Assembly (NCBI GenBank): GCA_045837725.1
Contig: JBEWZL010000076.1
Span: 1 to 64,000, forward strand
DNA length: 64,000 bases
Direction: 5' to 3'
Origin: Vermamoeba vermiformis
Taxonomy: Eukaryota
Shown here: positions 59,980 through 64,000 of the stretch, one piece after another
Layout: each line of letters starts with the position of its first letter
How positions within the stretch are numbered: the stretch's first letter is position 1
The notes under the pieces: model-generated
The model's input: only the letters and a program-made list of their open reading frames with translations
The model's database searches: none
What the model was told of the DNA's origin: nothing
Made by a program: the position numbers and the translations under genes

Positions 59980-62885
59980 TTAGTGTTGGGGAGTGGCACC
60001 CATACCAGCACCGCCGAGCAAACCATTGGCAGTGTTGAACAAGTTGATGGGTGAGTTGCCGTCGGTGATCATGTAGCCTTGCAAGCCCAAAGATTGGAGC
60101 ATCTTGACTTGCATTTCAGGGCCGGCACGGGCGATGGCAGAAATGGTGTTCTTGCCAATAGCACCGATCAAAGACTTGAACTTGGCAGACTCGATGGTAG
60201 AGAGATCCTTGGCCTTGGAAATCTCGAGCTCGTTGATGGCCTTTTGGTGTTCAATCTCGGCTTCTTGTTCCTTAGTGCTGATTTCAAGATCGGCTTCGGA
60301 CTTGATCTTGACAGCTTCGGCGTGCAAGCGAGCTTGGAGCACAGCAGCCTCACCTTCAATTTGTTGGGCTTCAGCGCGAGCCTTGGCTTCAGCGGTGGCT
60401 TGACCAGTGGACTCGACGGCAGCTGATTGAGCTTGCAATTGCAAGAGGTCCTTACGGGCCTTTTCGGCTTCAGCCTCGTCAGTGATCTTTTGACGTTCCA
60501 AACGACCACGAGCCTCTTGTTCACGTCGCTCTGCCTCGTGTCTGGCAGCGGCTTCTTGAGACTTGGTGGTAATCTCAATAGCCAATTGGACGGAGATTTG
60601 CAAGGCGTCACGAGTGCGTTGATCGACAGGCTCGACGGATTGAATATCGATGTTGTCGATGACCAAGTTGTTGGCAGGGAAGTGGAAACGGTTCTTGATC
60701 TTTCCGTTATCATCAGTGCCAAAGACGGCAGCGCGGATGATCTTAGCAGAGTTCTTGTGGAAGTTATCGAAGGACTCTTGGGCGACAGCACCTCTGACGC
60801 GAGAGGCGATAGCCTTGCAAGCATCACCAACAAAGTCGGGGACTTGGAACAACTTGACGGCCTCTTCTTGGTCGGTCTTGTTGGGGACTTCGAAGTGCCA
60901 GTTGTAGCTCAACTTGAGGGACAAACGAGCGTGATCGGCAGTTTCGACGATGACGAAGTCAGTCATGAAGTCAGGACCCAATTGGAGAGCAATGGACTTG
61001 ATGACGTGAGGGCGCTTGGGCTTGTCACCAGACAAGGACAAGATGGTGAAGTGCTCATCAGGACCCAACATAACCAATTCGGGACCATAGACAACACGTG
61101 ATTGCTTGAGCTTGTAGTCGTAGATTTGAACGGCGGTGTTGTGAGGTGCACGGAAGCTAACGACGCGAGTCTTATCGCGGCCAGAGGGGCCAGAAGGCTT
61201 GTCACCTTCACGGACACCAGAGGCACCGCGGATGATCAAGTCCTCAACGACAGAGGTGAGTTCCTTCTCCCAAAGTTCTTCTTCGGGCAACAACATGTAG
61301 CTGCGACCAGTAACCATGCGAACACGACCGGTCTTGATGTCTCTGACGTAGATACCTTCGTTTTCGTCGAGAGGGATTGAGCGTCTCTTCTCAACAACCT
61401 CAACTTCAACTGAAGGAACGTAGTCGCAAGGACCGTAGATCATCCAGCGGTCACCAGGCTTTCTAAGAACGGCTTCCTTTTCAGTGAGGTCCTTGAAGGC
61501 TTCACGAGCGCGGAGCAAGAGAGCCTCTTCGGCGTCCAAGACGTGAATGGTTTGAATGCCAGCTTCCAAACGCTCTCCGGGTTGCAAGAAGAAAGAGATG
61601 GGACCCTTTCGCAAAACTCTTTTACCCATTTGAGGCTTGCCGTCTTGGCCAACAGGATCCAAAACAACGCAGTATTGTCTGTTGGTCAAAGTGGTGATAG
61701 TGACTTCTCCGATGAGCTTCTCGTTAACGTCGGGGATGTGTGTTTCAGTGTGAGCCAAAGTAACCAACCATTCCTCTCCGGCCTTGCGGGTAGCACCGAA
61801 GGCATCGACGAAAGTGCGGAGAGCTTGGAGGTGAAGAGCCTTCTTGTCGGTCAAGACGTAAGCAGAGACGGTTTCAACGACTTCTTCTTCGACTTGAGGA
61901 ATGAAGGCACCAGGAGTCTTAACCAAGTATTCATCACCAGCCTTTCTTGTGACTTTAGCGGTGGGATCGGGGAACTCCTTCTTGGCACGAAGTCTGAGAG
62001 CCTGGTTGGGCTTAATGACGATGGCGCGAACGATTTCGACGACTTGGACTTCAACTCTAGGAGTGTAGGTACCTAAATTTAAAAAAAGACTTAGATATTT
62101 TGTGGGATTTGGATTTTCAAACGGTTTCCAAGAAAAGTTGCAGAATTGAATTAAAGCCATAATATGATAAGAAATAATACTTACCAGGTCCTTGGAACAA
62201 CCATTCATCTCCAGCAACTCTATCGACCTTGCCGTCCTTAAAATCTCGGATGGCTCTCAATTTAAGAGCTGTGTTGGGAGCAACAACTTGCAAGGGAGAA
62301 ACTTTGCCAAACAAGGTTTCACCAGGGAAGAGAGGGAAAGGCTCTTGTTCGAAGCGAATTTCCTCATCTCCGTGGCGAATCTTGACTTGGCCAACTGAAT
62401 CTGTAACTTGACGACCATCCTTATCTCTGTTTAATATATTTGAATTAATTAAGCTGTCCAAGAAGATATTTAATTGACGGTGATGGTCTTTGATTAACTT
62501 ATTTCGAGGAAGTTGAATTCAAGAAATTGATTTAAGGTCGTTGGAAAACGCTTATCAAAAGACCAACGCATTGTAGAAATCAGCACGATTTTACTATGAT
62601 AAAATTTACTAAGCGTAAAACGTTACCTGAGCACGGGGTTTTGAATAATGCAGTAGTGTCTGGGAGGGATGATAATCATAGCTTCAGGACCACCAACAAC
62701 CTTCTCGTGATCAGCACGAGTGAACGTGCGAGGACCAACAACGACTCTATTAAAACGAGTTAGCTATTTTCTGTAATTATCAAAATAAAAACCGTATCTA
62801 GTCTTTACCTAGTAACGTTGGAGTTGTTATCTAAAACGTGAATGTAGTGGAAGGGCTTGATTCTAATAACAGAGTCACCGTCCAT
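59980..62885 (-). CDS. MVP: Major vault protein, 4 exons
   Basis: [83 protein letters not shown]. Confidence 0.99.
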
Positions 62886-63473
62886 TTTATTTGCCTAAAG
62901 GAAAGAGATAGGTGGTTGCTTGGTTCGTAGAAGATAAAAATAACAAAAAAATTCGAGCTGAAAAATTTGGTCTTTTTTTGTGTCTATTTATGGTCTTCGT
63001 GCGCAAGCCAGAAAAAACCACGAACCCAAAAAAATCAATCTCCGACGTTTTTCTTCGGAGCAGTCTTTACTCCACACGAATTCTGGATATCTTGGTCTTG
63101 TGGTTGTACGCTGATCTGATCTCGTATCTACCTCAACGGCTAACTCGTTCTGCAGATTTACTGCTTCTGGTGCGCCTTTGTTGATTTTTTGTGGTTAGTG
63201 TGGCCTAAGACACCAAGTTATTGCCAGCTAGTAGCCGTGAGCTCGCTTACGTTCTTACTAATGTCCAAACCACAAACTGCTATCTGGATTTGGCCATTAA
63301 TTGAGCCTTCAGGTACGTTCCTTTCCAATTTATCTTTTTGTCTCATGGTTTAGTGGTAATTATTGATTACTTTAAGTATCCTGAGCTACATAATTCAATT
63401 ACAAATATCAAGGACTGATCGTGAACAATTCCAAATTTATTTTTTAACTACCCTCCAATAATTACTTATTTAA

Positions 63474-64000
63474 TTACCACTTTTGTGTCTTCACCCATTC
63501 TTCAAGAGTGGTTGCTTTAACGTTCGGATATTTGCTGTTCCAAAGCGGATTCAAAATAAATTTCTCGCTTACGAAGCCCCAGTAATATTGAAGAGGCATC
63601 CATGCATAGAAATTTTGTGGTTGTTCTTTAAACGTTTTGGCAGTGGTAGCAGCGAGGTCCTCAAAACTTCCAAGAAAAGTAGTTTTGTATGCCGATCCAG
63701 ATGCCTCTGCCACGTACTTTGCAAATTCGTTCAGCGTTCTCGTATCGCCCGCTACTTTGACTACTTGGTTATGAGCAGCCGGGTCGTGAATAGCTTCGAC
63801 AGTGTAGCGAGCACTATCCTCCAAGGTTGTCCAATTAATCTTCTCATTACCTGTGCCCCAGATCTTGATCTGTAATATCTAGCAGTCAGTATAACTAGTC
63901 AATGAAGGTAACGTATTGCAATGCTATGGTGCTTGCTGTCATTACTGACCTGTTTCGTTGCAGGATCAACAACATTGACAAAGCCTAAGACGCCCAGGTC
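63474..64000 (-). CDS. NmrA-like/isoflavone-reductase-like atypical SDR (3' part; truncated by window)
   Basis: TLEDSARYTVEA...VKVAGD...NSKYPNVKATTLEEW. Confidence 0.75.

Noticed and set aside
59340-59980. Vault RNA near MVP
   Set aside because: No A/B-box Pol III unit with a terminal stem and oligo-T was recognisable
60079-62076. Long antisense ORFs opposite MVP (also opposite the P450, EI24 and the K/E-rich gene)
   Set aside because: Shadow ORFs from the codon bias of the sense genes

Overview
Eukaryotic genomic DNA with compact genes and many short (~50-nt) GT-AG introns. The gene set (major vault protein, hybrid His kinase, sterol C24-methyltransferase, NEF1-like) suggests a protist, possibly an amoebozoan; this is inference, not identification. 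Positions ~10-64 kb hold about 21 protein genes, plus a probable U17/snR30 H/ACA snoRNA inside an RPL14 intron and a SAM-NTPase-PD-(D/E)xK Crinkler-type effector. The most unusual part is 1-9.3 kb, which has no recognisable protein gene. It is a mosaic of several hairpin/palindrome repeat families, many sharing a CC-N5-GG stem-loop core with covarying stems. It also carries canonical splice signals on both strands, consistent with two divergent spliced non-coding transcripts, and is bordered by an 848-bp CpG-free tract. Exon boundaries were read by eye and are approximate where stated. No database searches or folding programs were run.
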